Assembly: GCA_965209035.1 (NCBI GenBank)
Contig: OZ242372.1
Location: 256,001-320,000, forward strand
Length of the DNA stretch: 64,000 nt
Direction of reading: 5' to 3'
Origin: Gammaproteobacteria bacterium
GTDB lineage: Bacteria; Pseudomonadota; Gammaproteobacteria; CBDBNL01; JAAOII01
Positions within the stretch are counted from its first letter, which is position 1; each line of letters opens with the position of its first letter. The notes under the pieces are model-generated. The model saw only the letters and a program-made list of their open reading frames with translations. It searched no databases and had not been told where the DNA came from. Positions 27,725-37,429 of this stretch are shown piece after piece. Position numbers and translations under genes: made by a program.

Positions 27725-28279
27725 ATGAAAAATCTAAATGTAACCACGCAAGATATGGAGTCAGACACGGGTAACCAAATGTTCCATGCTTTACGGGATG
27801 CCGGTATTGCGGACAAGCACGCCAAGCGTGTTGCCTCTGAGGCGGAAAAAACTAATACTTATCTCAAATCATTGGGCAAATCTGTGGAGTCTCTGCAAGG
27901 CGATGTCTCTACTCTTAAAGGTGATGTCATTACTCTTAAAGGTGATGTCACTACTCTTAAAAATGATGTCATTACTCTTAAAGGTGATGTCTCTACTCTT
28001 AAAAGTGATGTCGTTATCATTAAAAAAGATATTGACATACTCAAAGAAGATAGCATTGCTATTAAAGGTGATGTCGCTGTCTTAAAAAATGATGGCACTG
28101 CTTTTAAAAATGATATGATCACGATTAAAAGTGATATCGCCACTATAAAAGAGGCTATCATTTCTTTACAAGCAAGCAACCGTCTAATGGCGATATTCAC
28201 CACAGGCACTTTTGGTATTATCGCAACAGCGGCACTGACCGGCATGTTCGGTTTTTTGTTCTATCTGCTCGGCATTTAA
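27725..28279 (+). CDS. CCDC90/DUF1640-like membrane-anchored coiled-coil protein with heptad repeats
   Basis: Head ALRDAGIADKHAKRVA, about 12 heptads of the LKGDVxT type (21-bp DNA repeat), C-terminal TM helix. Confidence 0.75.
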   Translation: MKNLNVTTQDMESDTGNQMFHALRDAGIADKHAKRVASEAEKTNTYLKSLGKSVESLQGDVSTLKGDVITLKGDVTTLKNDVITLKGDVSTLKSDVVIIKKDIDILKEDSIAIKGDVAVLKNDGTAFKNDMITIKSDIATIKEAIISLQASNRLMAIFTTGTFGIIATAALTGMFGFLFYLLGI

Positions 28280-28390
28280 TAAATAACAAAACCTCCCGGG
28301 GGACAACTCTCCTTAGGTTGTTGAAACAACAAACACACTTGGAACGCATTTAGCCCTATTTGGATTATGCCTGTTCCTATAATGAGATTT

Positions 28391-29479
28391 ATGTCCGGCA
28401 CAACGCACAACAAGGAACGAATATATAACATTAATGTTCTTTCGGAAGAGGTTTTAATCAGTCCGCAGGAATTGCAACGGGAAATCCCGACAGATGCGAC
28501 CATTGAAAACAATGTGCACAAGGCGCGCACCACCGTGGAAAATATTCTTAAACGCAAGGATCACAGACTTCTGACGGTAGTCGGCCCCTGCTCGGTGCAT
28601 GATGTCAAAGCGGCGCGCGAATACGCGACCAAACTGAAAGAACTTTCCCGGGAACTGGAAGACAGTCTGTTCATTCTGATGCGCGTTTACTTTGAAAAAC
28701 CGCGCACGACTGTCGGCTGGAAAGGATTGATCAACGACCCGGATCTGGACGACAGCTTTGACATTGCCAAAGGGTTACTCATTGGCAGAAAATTTCTGAC
28801 AGAACTTGCCCGTATGGATCTGCCGGTTGCCACAGAATCTCTAAACGCCATAGTCCCCCAGTATATTCAGGATCTGGTTACCTGGTCGGCTATCGGTGCC
28901 AGAACAGCGGAATCGCAGACACATCGCGAGATGTCCAGCGGGCTGTCGACTCCGGTTGGCTTCAAGAATGGCACGGATGGCGGCCTGGCAGTTGCCATCA
29001 ACGCCCTGAAATCGGTGAATGCTCCGCACAGTTTTCTTGGGATTAACCGGGCCGGCCAGGTCTCTATTTTGAAGACCAAAGGCAATCCTTACGCGCATGT
29101 GGTGCTGCGCGGCGGCGGCGGCAAAACCAATTTTGATTCGGTGAGTATTGCCGACTGCGAGGCGGTTCTGAAAAAAAGTAAGTTGCCGCCGAATATTATG
29201 GTGGACACCAGCCACGCCAACTCGGGGAAAAATCCCGAACACCAGCCTTTGGTGTTTGCGGATCTGGTGAATCAAATTGTCAAAGGGAACAGATCTATTA
29301 TCGGGGTGATGATTGAAAGCAATTTGAAAAGCGGCAATCAGCCAATCGGTAAGGACCCCAAAAAATTGAAATACGGCGTATCTGTTACGGACGGCTGCAT
29401 AGACTGGAAAACAACGGAAAAGATGCTGAGAGAAGCGGCGGCCACGCTCAAACCGGTTTTAAAAAAACGCATTCCATAA
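28391..29479 (+). CDS. aroG: DAHP synthase class I (isoenzyme not resolved)
   Basis: VGPCSVHD, RVYFEKPRTTVGWKG, AIGARTAESQTHRE and SHANS. Confidence 0.93.
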   Translation: MSGTTHNKERIYNINVLSEEVLISPQELQREIPTDATIENNVHKARTTVENILKRKDHRLLTVVGPCSVHDVKAAREYATKLKELSRELEDSLFILMRVYFEKPRTTVGWKGLINDPDLDDSFDIAKGLLIGRKFLTELARMDLPVATESLNAIVPQYIQDLVTWSAIGARTAESQTHREMSSGLSTPVGFKNGTDGGLAVAINALKSVNAPHSFLGINRAGQVSILKTKGNPYAHVVLRGGGGKTNFDSVSIADCEAVLKKSKLPPNIMVDTSHANSGKNPEHQPLVFADLVNQIVKGNRSIIGVMIESNLKSGNQPIGKDPKKLKYGVSVTDGCIDWKTTEKMLREAAATLKPVLKKRIP

Positions 29480-29490
29480 TTCCATAATAG

Positions 29491-29533
29491 CCGCACATTC
29501 ATTATTCCCGGATCCCCCGGAATGAATGTGCGG
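29491..29533. terminator. Hairpin between convergent aroG and coaX
   Basis: CCGCACATTCATT...AATGAATGTGCGG inverted repeat; no clear U-tract. Confidence 0.5.
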
Positions 29534-29718
29534 GGCGAAAACAGAGTCTGCGGGCAATCCGGCTCGGCAAGTAAGACACACAGGCGGCAAGCACTGTTCT
29601 TACTTACTTTCTTATCTTACTTAAATGCCCCTCAAATATCGGATTTGATGTTCTGACCAGATGTTCTCGTTTTGCTTGTTATTCGGTTGCCTTATGCCGT
29701 GTGGCATGCTATGACGCA

Positions 29719-30648
29719 CTAATCAAACGCATAGCGCAGACCCCGACACACCAAATGGCTGTCATAAGAGCAATCGGCCGCCTCTGCCGATGAAAGAAGC
29801 GAGATGGCTCGATGCAACAGTTCCTCGCCGTCACCGCCCGTGAACATCATTCTGCCATCCGGGAACTGACCGCGAAATACCCGAATTCGCCCAAGAACAA
29901 AATCCAGCAGCATAAAATCCGTTCCCAGCTCCAAGCAAGAAACCGTCTCCCGCCCCCAAAAAAGAGCATCGGATTTTTCGTCGGCATGCCGGCTCTTTTT
30001 TAATGCTCCCGTATTCCCTGTTTTAGAAAATGTTTTAGAAAGTGTTTTAGAAAGCTCCCGCTCGCCCGCTTTCAATCTATCGTCCAAGACAACCCCGGTC
30101 CTGTTCAAAAAAGCCGAACGGATGCCAGTCTTGCCGGGAGCAAGGAGGCCGCCCGGATGCATTCCACCGCTTAAAACATCCATACTAAGTGCCGTACCGG
30201 CATCTATCAGCAACCAATTACCGGGAGGGGACATAACATGCAATGCCAATAACCCCAGCCATCTGTCCGTTCCCAAATGCGACAAGTTTGCATAGGCGGG
30301 CTTCAATCCATGACACCCCGCTTTGGGTCTTGCCAATCGGACCGTTTTGCACCGGGTATTAAAGACATCACGAATCCTTTTGCTCCAATAGTCCTCGCCA
30401 TAAGGTGCCGGACGCACACACGACAGGCACACACAACTTGGCGGGGCGGACAAGGATACGCCCAGACCCTCAAAATCCGCGGCCCTGCCCTTGGCAATCT
30501 CCCCGCCGGAATCTGACAATACTTCCATCCAGGTGAAGGAAGTATTTCCTATATCCAATAAAAGAGTGGTCTCTTTGTTTGTTTTTGGCATAGATTTCTG
30601 CATTGATTTTTGATGATCCGTTTGTGTTCGTCTCTGTTGCAATATCAT
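29719..30648 (-). CDS. coaX: Type III pantothenate kinase (start uncertain)
   Basis: LDIGNT, LGTDRW, IDAGTA and TGGDG; follows birA. Confidence 0.88.
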   Translation of the reverse strand: MILQQRRTQTDHQKSMQKSMPKTNKETTLLLDIGNTSFTWMEVLSDSGGEIAKGRAADFEGLGVSLSAPPSCVCLSCVRPAPYGEDYWSKRIRDVFNTRCKTVRLARPKAGCHGLKPAYANLSHLGTDRWLGLLALHVMSPPGNWLLIDAGTALSMDVLSGGMHPGGLLAPGKTGIRSAFLNRTGVVLDDRLKAGERELSKTLSKTFSKTGNTGALKKSRHADEKSDALFWGRETVSCLELGTDFMLLDFVLGRIRVFRGQFPDGRMMFTGGDGEELLHRAISLLSSAEAADCSYDSHLVCRGLRYAFD

Positions 30649-30665
30649 TAAGTGAAAACCGCAAA

Positions 30666-31790
30666 CTACTCGGATACAGCCGCCGGATCATCCGCGGCCG
30701 GCTCTTGCAAAGTGCCGGCAAGGATTCTATGTTCTTTCCCTGCGGCATCGGTCAGCAGTAGTTCACCGCGCCGATTGATGCCTTTACAAATACCGGCAAG
30801 TTCCTTGCCGTTGCGGACAACAATTGTTTTGCCCCGGAGATGATCCGCGGCACGCCACTCATCCGCGAAAACGACAAAGCCGTTATTGGCAAACTGCCCA
30901 ATACCGGTAAACTGTCGAATACCTGTAAACAGCGCATCCAGCATCAAAGCCGCCGCCCTGTTTCGGCGCGGTGGCTCCGTTCCGGCGATTTTCGCCATTC
31001 GGCACAAAGAACTTCCAAACGCAGTTTGTGAATGATGATTAATGCCAATCCCTATGACGATGTCCTTTTCAAACACCTCCAACAAAATGCCGCCAAGCTT
31101 GTTTCCCGAAGGATCCATCAAGTCATTCGGCCATTTTAATCGGGCACTCAGTCCGAGTTTGCCGACAAATCGCATCATCATCACGCCCACCGCCAGACTC
31201 AACCCGTTCGTTCCCGATTGACGAAAGTCCTCCAAATCAAAAACCGCCGAAAGGGACAAACCCGCCCCAAAAGGACTGTGCCATACGCGCCCATAGCGTC
31301 CCCGTCCTTTGGTCTGCTGTTCACAAAAGAGTGCCGCCGGGCGCTGTGGCAGCCGACGGACACACTCATTGCCGGAATCGGCACTTGCTAAAACTCTTAA
31401 ACTGTTCCTTAAACTGTTCCTTAAACTGTTCCTTAAACTATTCGAGGACAGTCTTTGTCGTGCCGGATTAACTGCACCGGCTTCATCACACAACAAATGT
31501 AAGGAGGATAAGGAGGGTAAGGAGGACAAGAAGGATAAAATTTTGTCCGCCCGCAAGAATTCCGCATCCCGGGCAAAGGAAACTTCTTTGCCTTTTGTTA
31601 TGAGAGGCCCCATAGCGGTGGCGTTAATGACAGCCAGATCCTCTTTTAATGCCGAGGGTGTCATTTGCAGTTTTGCCGACAAGCTCGTGAATTCTGTCGG
31701 CCCCGCCGCCAGTTCCTTGCAAATTTTTAACTGCGTCTCATTTAGAATACCGAGATCCTTGTTGTTTTCGTTTGAGGGAATTAAAGGCAC
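30666..31790 (-). CDS. birA: Biotin--acetyl-CoA-carboxylase ligase
   Basis: QTKGRGRYGRVW, KWPND, KLGGIL and GIGIN. Confidence 0.9.
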   Translation of the reverse strand: MPLIPSNENNKDLGILNETQLKICKELAAGPTEFTSLSAKLQMTPSALKEDLAVINATAMGPLITKGKEVSFARDAEFLRADKILSFLSSLPSLSSLHLLCDEAGAVNPARQRLSSNSLRNSLRNSLRNSLRVLASADSGNECVRRLPQRPAALFCEQQTKGRGRYGRVWHSPFGAGLSLSAVFDLEDFRQSGTNGLSLAVGVMMMRFVGKLGLSARLKWPNDLMDPSGNKLGGILLEVFEKDIVIGIGINHHSQTAFGSSLCRMAKIAGTEPPRRNRAAALMLDALFTGIRQFTGIGQFANNGFVVFADEWRAADHLRGKTIVVRNGKELAGICKGINRRGELLLTDAAGKEHRILAGTLQEPAADDPAAVSE

Positions 31791-31980
31791 AATTAAAGGG
31801 GCGATAAATAAAGGAAAGGCACGGATAAAGGCACGAATAAAGGCACAGTAGCAAATAGCGTTCTAATATGCAAAAAATATCTTTAAAAAATACCAAACAA
31901 ACCGCATAATCTTCCTTCTTGCTCGCATATCTTCAAACCTTCCCTATAATAAGATTTATTATGATTATTAATGTAAACAC

Positions 31981-32229
31981 ATGCCTTCCGTTGAAATAAA
32001 AGAAAACGAATCGTTTGATTATGCTTTGCGTCGGTTTAAACGCTCGTGCATTCGTGCGGGTGTTATTGCCGAAGCACGCCGCCGGGAATACTACGAAAAA
32101 CCCACCTGGGTGCGCAAGCGCAAGAAACTTGCCGCCAAACAAGCGTCGAAACGCCATAACTGGTATAATTCGCCGCGCCGACTGGCAAAACATTCTTCTT
32201 TTTCCCTGCCGTTTCAAACCGTCAAGTAA
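31981..32229 (+). CDS. rpsU: 30S ribosomal protein S21
   Basis: [31 protein letters not shown]. Confidence 0.95.
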   Translation: MPSVEIKENESFDYALRRFKRSCIRAGVIAEARRREYYEKPTWVRKRKKLAAKQASKRHNWYNSPRRLAKHSSFSLPFQTVK

Positions 32230-32253
32230 AAACTCTCGGCTCTTTTTTGTCTC

Positions 32254-32703
32254 TTGTCCCGCGCCCAAGATATTCAAAAGTCCGTTAACGAGGCGTTGCG
32301 TGCGGGTGACAGCGTGCGTGTCAATGCCCTGCGTTTGATCAAATCGGAACTCACAAGGTTGGAGCAAGAAAAACGAGAAGAACTCTCGGATAGTCTTTTT
32401 TGGCAACTTCTTAACCGCATGCGCAAACAAAGACGGGAATCCATTGAGCAATACGAAAAAGCCAAGCGGTCGGATCTGGCGGACAAAGAGCAGTTTGAAC
32501 TTAAAGTCATTGAATCCTTCTTACCGCCGCAACTTGAAGAAAGCGAACTCCTCACATTAATTGAAAACACGATCAAGGAAACCGGTGCCGTCCAAATGAA
32601 AGACATTGGTAAAGTGATGGCAAAATTAAAGACCCCGCTGGAGGGTCGTGCCGATATGAAGCACGTGAGCGAAATCATCAGAAACCGATTGGGGCAGTCA
32701 TAA
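32254..32703 (+). CDS. GatB/YqeY-domain protein
   Basis: KQRRESIEQY, FLPPQL and MKDIGKVM; follows rpsU. Confidence 0.92.
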   Translation: MSRAQDIQKSVNEALRAGDSVRVNALRLIKSELTRLEQEKREELSDSLFWQLLNRMRKQRRESIEQYEKAKRSDLADKEQFELKVIESFLPPQLEESELLTLIENTIKETGAVQMKDIGKVMAKLKTPLEGRADMKHVSEIIRNRLGQS

Positions 32704-32802
32704 GTAACACAACAAATAACACAATAGCAATCACAAAAAATAAATCATAAAAACAGCAAGACAAACTGCTGTTATCTTGCAGATTGATTCATCTTCTAAA
32801 TC

Positions 32803-33525
32803 TTAATGACACATCACGGTAATTTCGTTTCTGATCCTGTCCGCGGTAGTAGGAGAATCATAACCCGCCGCCAGCCTTCTTAACAGTTCACCGACAAACT
32901 TTGTTCCTCTCTCGGAGCAATTGCGAAAGAGCAATGTTTCCGTATCTCGGTCAAGATGCACCCCAAGTTTTTCCGCGCGCAGGCGCACAAAGTCTTTGAG
33001 TAAGTTTCCTTTTAGGGGATGCACCCGAAATACATAAAAAGACAACAACCGACTGACAAGATCATCGGATAAAGTATTGAGTTTGGCGGGGTTTCTGTCG
33101 CCACTGAGCAGCACAATTTTATCCAACTCGACACTCTCTTTAAGAAAAGAAAGAAGTTCCTCTTCTTCGGCGGATTCCGGGCGAACAAACTGAATATTAT
33201 CTATCACCAACCCGGCCGCCCCCTCGCCCGATGCTCCAAGGGCAAACCGCCTGCCGAATGCTGTCTCCGCATCAACATAATCAATCCGAATACCGCGCTC
33301 TTGCCAGTAAAAGCAATAGGCGCGCAACAAATGGCTCTTGCCGCTGCTTTGTCCCGCCCAGAGATACATAGAATTACCGTATCCGTAATGCAGCGGATCG
33401 GATGCTCGCATAAATTCGCAAAGAGATGCATTTGTTCCGGCAACAAAGTTTGAAAAAGTCTGGTCCTGTTCCGTCCCCAGTTGCAACCCCAGTTGACGAA
33501 CAGAAAAAAGATGATTGTCCGGCAC
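32803..33525 (-). CDS. hda: DnaA regulatory inactivator Hda
   Basis: QLGL clamp motif, TFSNFV, GKSHLL and DLVSRL. Confidence 0.8.
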   Translation of the reverse strand: MPDNHLFSVRQLGLQLGTEQDQTFSNFVAGTNASLCEFMRASDPLHYGYGNSMYLWAGQSSGKSHLLRAYCFYWQERGIRIDYVDAETAFGRRFALGASGEGAAGLVIDNIQFVRPESAEEEELLSFLKESVELDKIVLLSGDRNPAKLNTLSDDLVSRLLSFYVFRVHPLKGNLLKDFVRLRAEKLGVHLDRDTETLLFRNCSERGTKFVGELLRRLAAGYDSPTTADRIRNEITVMCH

Positions 33526-34823
33526 TATATTTTGCCCGTCGTTTCCTGTTTGCTGTCGGTCAAGACATCGCGATATTCAATATAGGCTCGGCTGCGGATA
33601 TCATTCAACCAAAAATCCCGCACCTGTCTCAGTTTTTGCTGAACCAACAAATCGTAGGCTTCTTCGCGCAACCGCTCCATAACCACATCCTTCTCACGCT
33701 TTTCTTCCAACAATAACAAATGCCAACCATCGTTGATATTTAAAGGAGACGACAGTTCCCCCGCTCGCATTGTATCCAAAATAGCAACCAATTCCGGCGG
33801 CAAAAACGAACGGCGTTGCCATTCCAAGTGATAAGCGGCAAAGGGGGCGTTGGGATGACCATAAGTTGCCGCCAACTCGTCAAAATTCTCTCCCGCTGAC
33901 AGCCGCCGATGCAAATCATTAATTTGCACCTCCAATTGCTCCGAAGTATAAATAATATCCGTTAAAAGCGAGAGTGTTTTTAGACGATACTCGGTTTGAA
34001 CGGAGTCGCGCGGATAACGGACCGCCAGCAACTTGATGAGATGAGATGCCCCGTCTTCGTCGCGAAAGGAAAGCACCTCGCCTTCTTGCATAAATAGGAC
34101 CCTTTCGGTAAGAAGGCGCGGCAGGCTATCCGGCTTGCGGTTGCGAAACTCTGTCGGCCGAACATCTGTCTCCTTCCATTCTTCCTGCACCAAATCGGCA
34201 AACGAATCCATTCTTTCAAACAAACTTCGGGCTTGCCGCAAGGCATCGGTGTCCGATGCATCCGACACAGTATGAATAAAATCGTAGTTTGTTTGACGCA
34301 AAAATGGCGGAATATTAGATGCCAGATATTCGTCAACATCCGTGGGGCTCACTCGAATATAACCGCTTAATTGTTGCCTTTGCAATTCGTTAATGACAAG
34401 AAACTCCCGGATCTCTTTACGCCATTCAAGATAATCGCTGCCCGCCGCTTCCAGCCGTTTGGCGTGCTGTGCCGCGGTCAGTTGATTGGCGTTTAGAAAA
34501 TTACGAATGTAGTCCTGCATGCGATCTTCGCCGATATAAATCCCTTGTCTTTCCGCCGTATCCAACTGAATCTTACGAATCACCAGAGTATCCAGGGCGC
34601 GGCCTATGCCAATTTCCGAATTGGGAGATCTTCGCAAAAGTCCGTCATAAAACCGATTCAACTCCGAACGCAAAATCACATCGTCGTTGACGACCGCCAC
34701 TATGTCGTCCAAGGGCTGTTCCGTCTCGGCCGCATACAACAATATCGGCTGCATACCAAACATCCGACAAACGGATACCAACAAAACAAACCGAACAAGA
34801 ATTTTCCAAGCCATTATCCACAT
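33525..34823 (-). CDS. surA: Periplasmic chaperone/PPIase SurA
   Basis: IVAVVNDDVILRSEL, GENFDELA and GWHLL; follows lptD. Confidence 0.85.
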   Translation of the reverse strand: MWIMAWKILVRFVLLVSVCRMFGMQPILLYAAETEQPLDDIVAVVNDDVILRSELNRFYDGLLRRSPNSEIGIGRALDTLVIRKIQLDTAERQGIYIGEDRMQDYIRNFLNANQLTAAQHAKRLEAAGSDYLEWRKEIREFLVINELQRQQLSGYIRVSPTDVDEYLASNIPPFLRQTNYDFIHTVSDASDTDALRQARSLFERMDSFADLVQEEWKETDVRPTEFRNRKPDSLPRLLTERVLFMQEGEVLSFRDEDGASHLIKLLAVRYPRDSVQTEYRLKTLSLLTDIIYTSEQLEVQINDLHRRLSAGENFDELAATYGHPNAPFAAYHLEWQRRSFLPPELVAILDTMRAGELSSPLNINDGWHLLLLEEKREKDVVMERLREEAYDLLVQQKLRQVRDFWLNDIRSRAYIEYRDVLTDSKQETTGKI

Positions 34824-34863
34824 TAAACCATTAAATTATCAAATATTGTGTCAATAAAATATC

Positions 34864-37248
34864 CTAACGACTGATACCGAACAAAATACTATTATAAATT
34901 TCTTCCGTCCCGGCTGTTAGACCCCGGTTCACCCCGATGCTTCCCCAAGGCTTAAAAACAAACCGAAGGATGATACCCGTTTCCAATTCCTCGCCGCGAC
35001 GCTGTTCATACAGGCCGTTCACAATGCGGATACAACAATTTTCATAAGAAAAACCGGTCAACAAACTCGCCCATTCCCTCTCCGGAACATCATAGCGGAC
35101 GGCATTAAGAACAGACCACTTATTATGTACTTGCCAAACAACACCCCCACCCCACTGCTCCGCTTTATCCTGATAAAAGGTATTCTCCCGACCATAATAA
35201 GAAACGGAAATGTCATAAAACCGGCGATCTGTCGCATGCCCCGCGATATGACGATTAACCGCCGCTCCGTCCTCTTGAACCAGCCCCGCTTCCAAATAGC
35301 CCCCATAGGGAAAAAACCATGCCAGATCAAATACCCAAGGCGAAAAATTATTGTTTTGGTCTTGCTCCCCGGGCGTAAGTTCTCTGTCGGTCAGGTAAAA
35401 GGCACGTGCCAAACGCAGTCTGTATTCTTCGCCGCCGGCAAGATTAATTAAACGACTCTCCGTCCCAACCGCAACACGCTGTTCGGAGGCAAGATAATCC
35501 CCGCCAATGTAATGCCGATGATCAAACAACGCATCGTAGTTTGGGAATTGCCTCGCTGTGTCAAATGTCCTGTCTAATCCCAGCCCCAAACCCACGCCCG
35601 AACTCGTTCCGATCCTGTCCGTTGGATGCCGCGCCCGCTGCCTTTCCGCATACAAGGCATAAAACCTTGGCTCAAGGGTCACATAGCAATCGCAAATCGG
35701 CGACGGGGCGGAAAAAATCGGTTTCCCGTCCAGGTAAAACCCGCTGCGAGACAAGGAATTTTCCGCAAAATCTTGTTCGGTTGCACTGAGGCGATATCGG
35801 ATGTCTTCCAGAAACAGATTAGCCTTCAAAAAGCCTCCCTGCCTTGCATAGGTCCAAAGCAACGACAGTTCGTTAAACAAACGAGCATTGTTTCCCGTGT
35901 AAACTTCCGGGTGGTCTTCCGAGTCGGCTTCTAAGCGGGCTTCCGGGCTGCCCGCAGGCTCGCCAAACAGAATGTACTCGCTGTTCTGAAACCAAGAAAA
36001 GCCGTAGCCGAGATGACCCAGATAAGAAAAGCGCGTATAGGGCAACTGCCGATAGGGCGCAAGGCGTGTCCTGTTTGCGGTATCCGTCATCTCGGCCAAC
36101 AACTGATCACTGCGAAAGCCGAATGACCAATGAATACTCTTGCTGTCGTAACGAACCCGAGCATCGCTCGGCAAGCTGAAATCGTCACCGGCTTCAAAAA
36201 ATGTCGGCAAGTCTCGCAGGTAATCCGCATCACTGACCGCATTGAGCGAAACATCACCCGACCAACCGTTCCGAACAACCGAGTCAAACCGGAAATGCTG
36301 TGCCACCCGCCGCTTCTGTTCGCGCGCATCCCGATGCAAGTAGCCATAACCGACAGTCCCGTCTCCCGCAGGCGACAGCCATCGCAATTCTTGTTCCAAC
36401 AGAAAACCGCGCTCGGAGAGGGCATGGGCGTAAAAGGTGGTATCCAGGTTGGGGCGAATGTTCACATAAAAAGGCTGGCTGTAAACAAAACCGCTGCGGC
36501 TGTTCACATTGAAAGTCGGAAACAACAGGCCGCTTTGCCTGGCATCGCCCAAAGGAAACTGCAAGAACGGCAAGGCCATCACCGCCGAACTGCCGGCAAA
36601 AAAACGAACACCGCGCGCCTTGCCCTGCCCGGTCGCCCGGTTCAAGTCCAATCGGCGCGCACGCAAGTGCCAAGAGTTTTCCGTCGGATCACAAAAACTG
36701 ATGCGTGCTTCTTCCATTTCAATTCGCGCAAACCCGTTCTTCCGGGTTGCCCGCAAGTTGCCCGCATTTCCCCAAGCATGCAAACCGGGTAAGGTAAACC
36801 TTAATTCTTGCGCCGACAGGGATTCTGTGTCCGCATAGTAATCCGCTCTTTGACCCGCCGCAAGCAATGTGTAGCCCGCCAATTCAAATCCGGCTGACAG
36901 CTCAAAATAGTTCTTATCCGGATAGTAAAGTGCCAGCTGCGTTTTTAGGACAAGATCTTCGTCCAAAATAACAACATTGCCTTGTAACCCCAAGCGTTCG
37001 CTATCTCTAAAAACTTGATCCGCACGAATATCAATATTGTCGGGATTCTCAATGTCGATAGCGACAAGTGGCGAAACAAAACCGCCGGCACAATACCCCG
37101 GCACCGATCCCGGTACCGAGCCCGCCTGCGGAAGATCCTCTTTTGGCACCCAACCAAGAGGCGGCTCATCCGCCGCCATTGTGACCGCCGCCGACATAAA
37201 AACAGAACACGCACACAAACAGAAGAACCGGCGACAAAAGACAAGCAT
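34864..37248 (-). CDS. lptD: LPS assembly protein LptD
   Basis: RQSGLLFP, PFYVNIRPNLD, LEPRFYALY and YENCC. Confidence 0.9.
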   Translation of the reverse strand: MLVFCRRFFCLCACSVFMSAAVTMAADEPPLGWVPKEDLPQAGSVPGSVPGYCAGGFVSPLVAIDIENPDNIDIRADQVFRDSERLGLQGNVVILDEDLVLKTQLALYYPDKNYFELSAGFELAGYTLLAAGQRADYYADTESLSAQELRFTLPGLHAWGNAGNLRATRKNGFARIEMEEARISFCDPTENSWHLRARRLDLNRATGQGKARGVRFFAGSSAVMALPFLQFPLGDARQSGLLFPTFNVNSRSGFVYSQPFYVNIRPNLDTTFYAHALSERGFLLEQELRWLSPAGDGTVGYGYLHRDAREQKRRVAQHFRFDSVVRNGWSGDVSLNAVSDADYLRDLPTFFEAGDDFSLPSDARVRYDSKSIHWSFGFRSDQLLAEMTDTANRTRLAPYRQLPYTRFSYLGHLGYGFSWFQNSEYILFGEPAGSPEARLEADSEDHPEVYTGNNARLFNELSLLWTYARQGGFLKANLFLEDIRYRLSATEQDFAENSLSRSGFYLDGKPIFSAPSPICDCYVTLEPRFYALYAERQRARHPTDRIGTSSGVGLGLGLDRTFDTARQFPNYDALFDHRHYIGGDYLASEQRVAVGTESRLINLAGGEEYRLRLARAFYLTDRELTPGEQDQNNNFSPWVFDLAWFFPYGGYLEAGLVQEDGAAVNRHIAGHATDRRFYDISVSYYGRENTFYQDKAEQWGGGVVWQVHNKWSVLNAVRYDVPEREWASLLTGFSYENCCIRIVNGLYEQRRGEELETGIILRFVFKPWGSIGVNRGLTAGTEEIYNSILFGISR

Positions 37249-37251
37249 AAG

Positions 37252-37368
37252 AGTATTTTATATCCGCAATTTTCTATTTTGAAGAAATTTCCAAACGCAT
37301 CTGTGGTAACCGCCGACGACGACCTGATGTACCCGAGAAACTGGTTGAAAAATTTATACGCTGCTTAA
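37252..37368 (+). pseudogene. Short glycosyltransferase (GT2-like) fragment
   Basis: LKKFPNASVVTADDDLMYPRNWLKNLY (DxD motif context); no start of its own. Confidence 0.55.
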
Positions 37369-37429
37369 ATCTAAAATATTGACAACTCTTGGATATGCCT
37401 GCCTAAACCCGTTTCCTATAATAGCCAAT

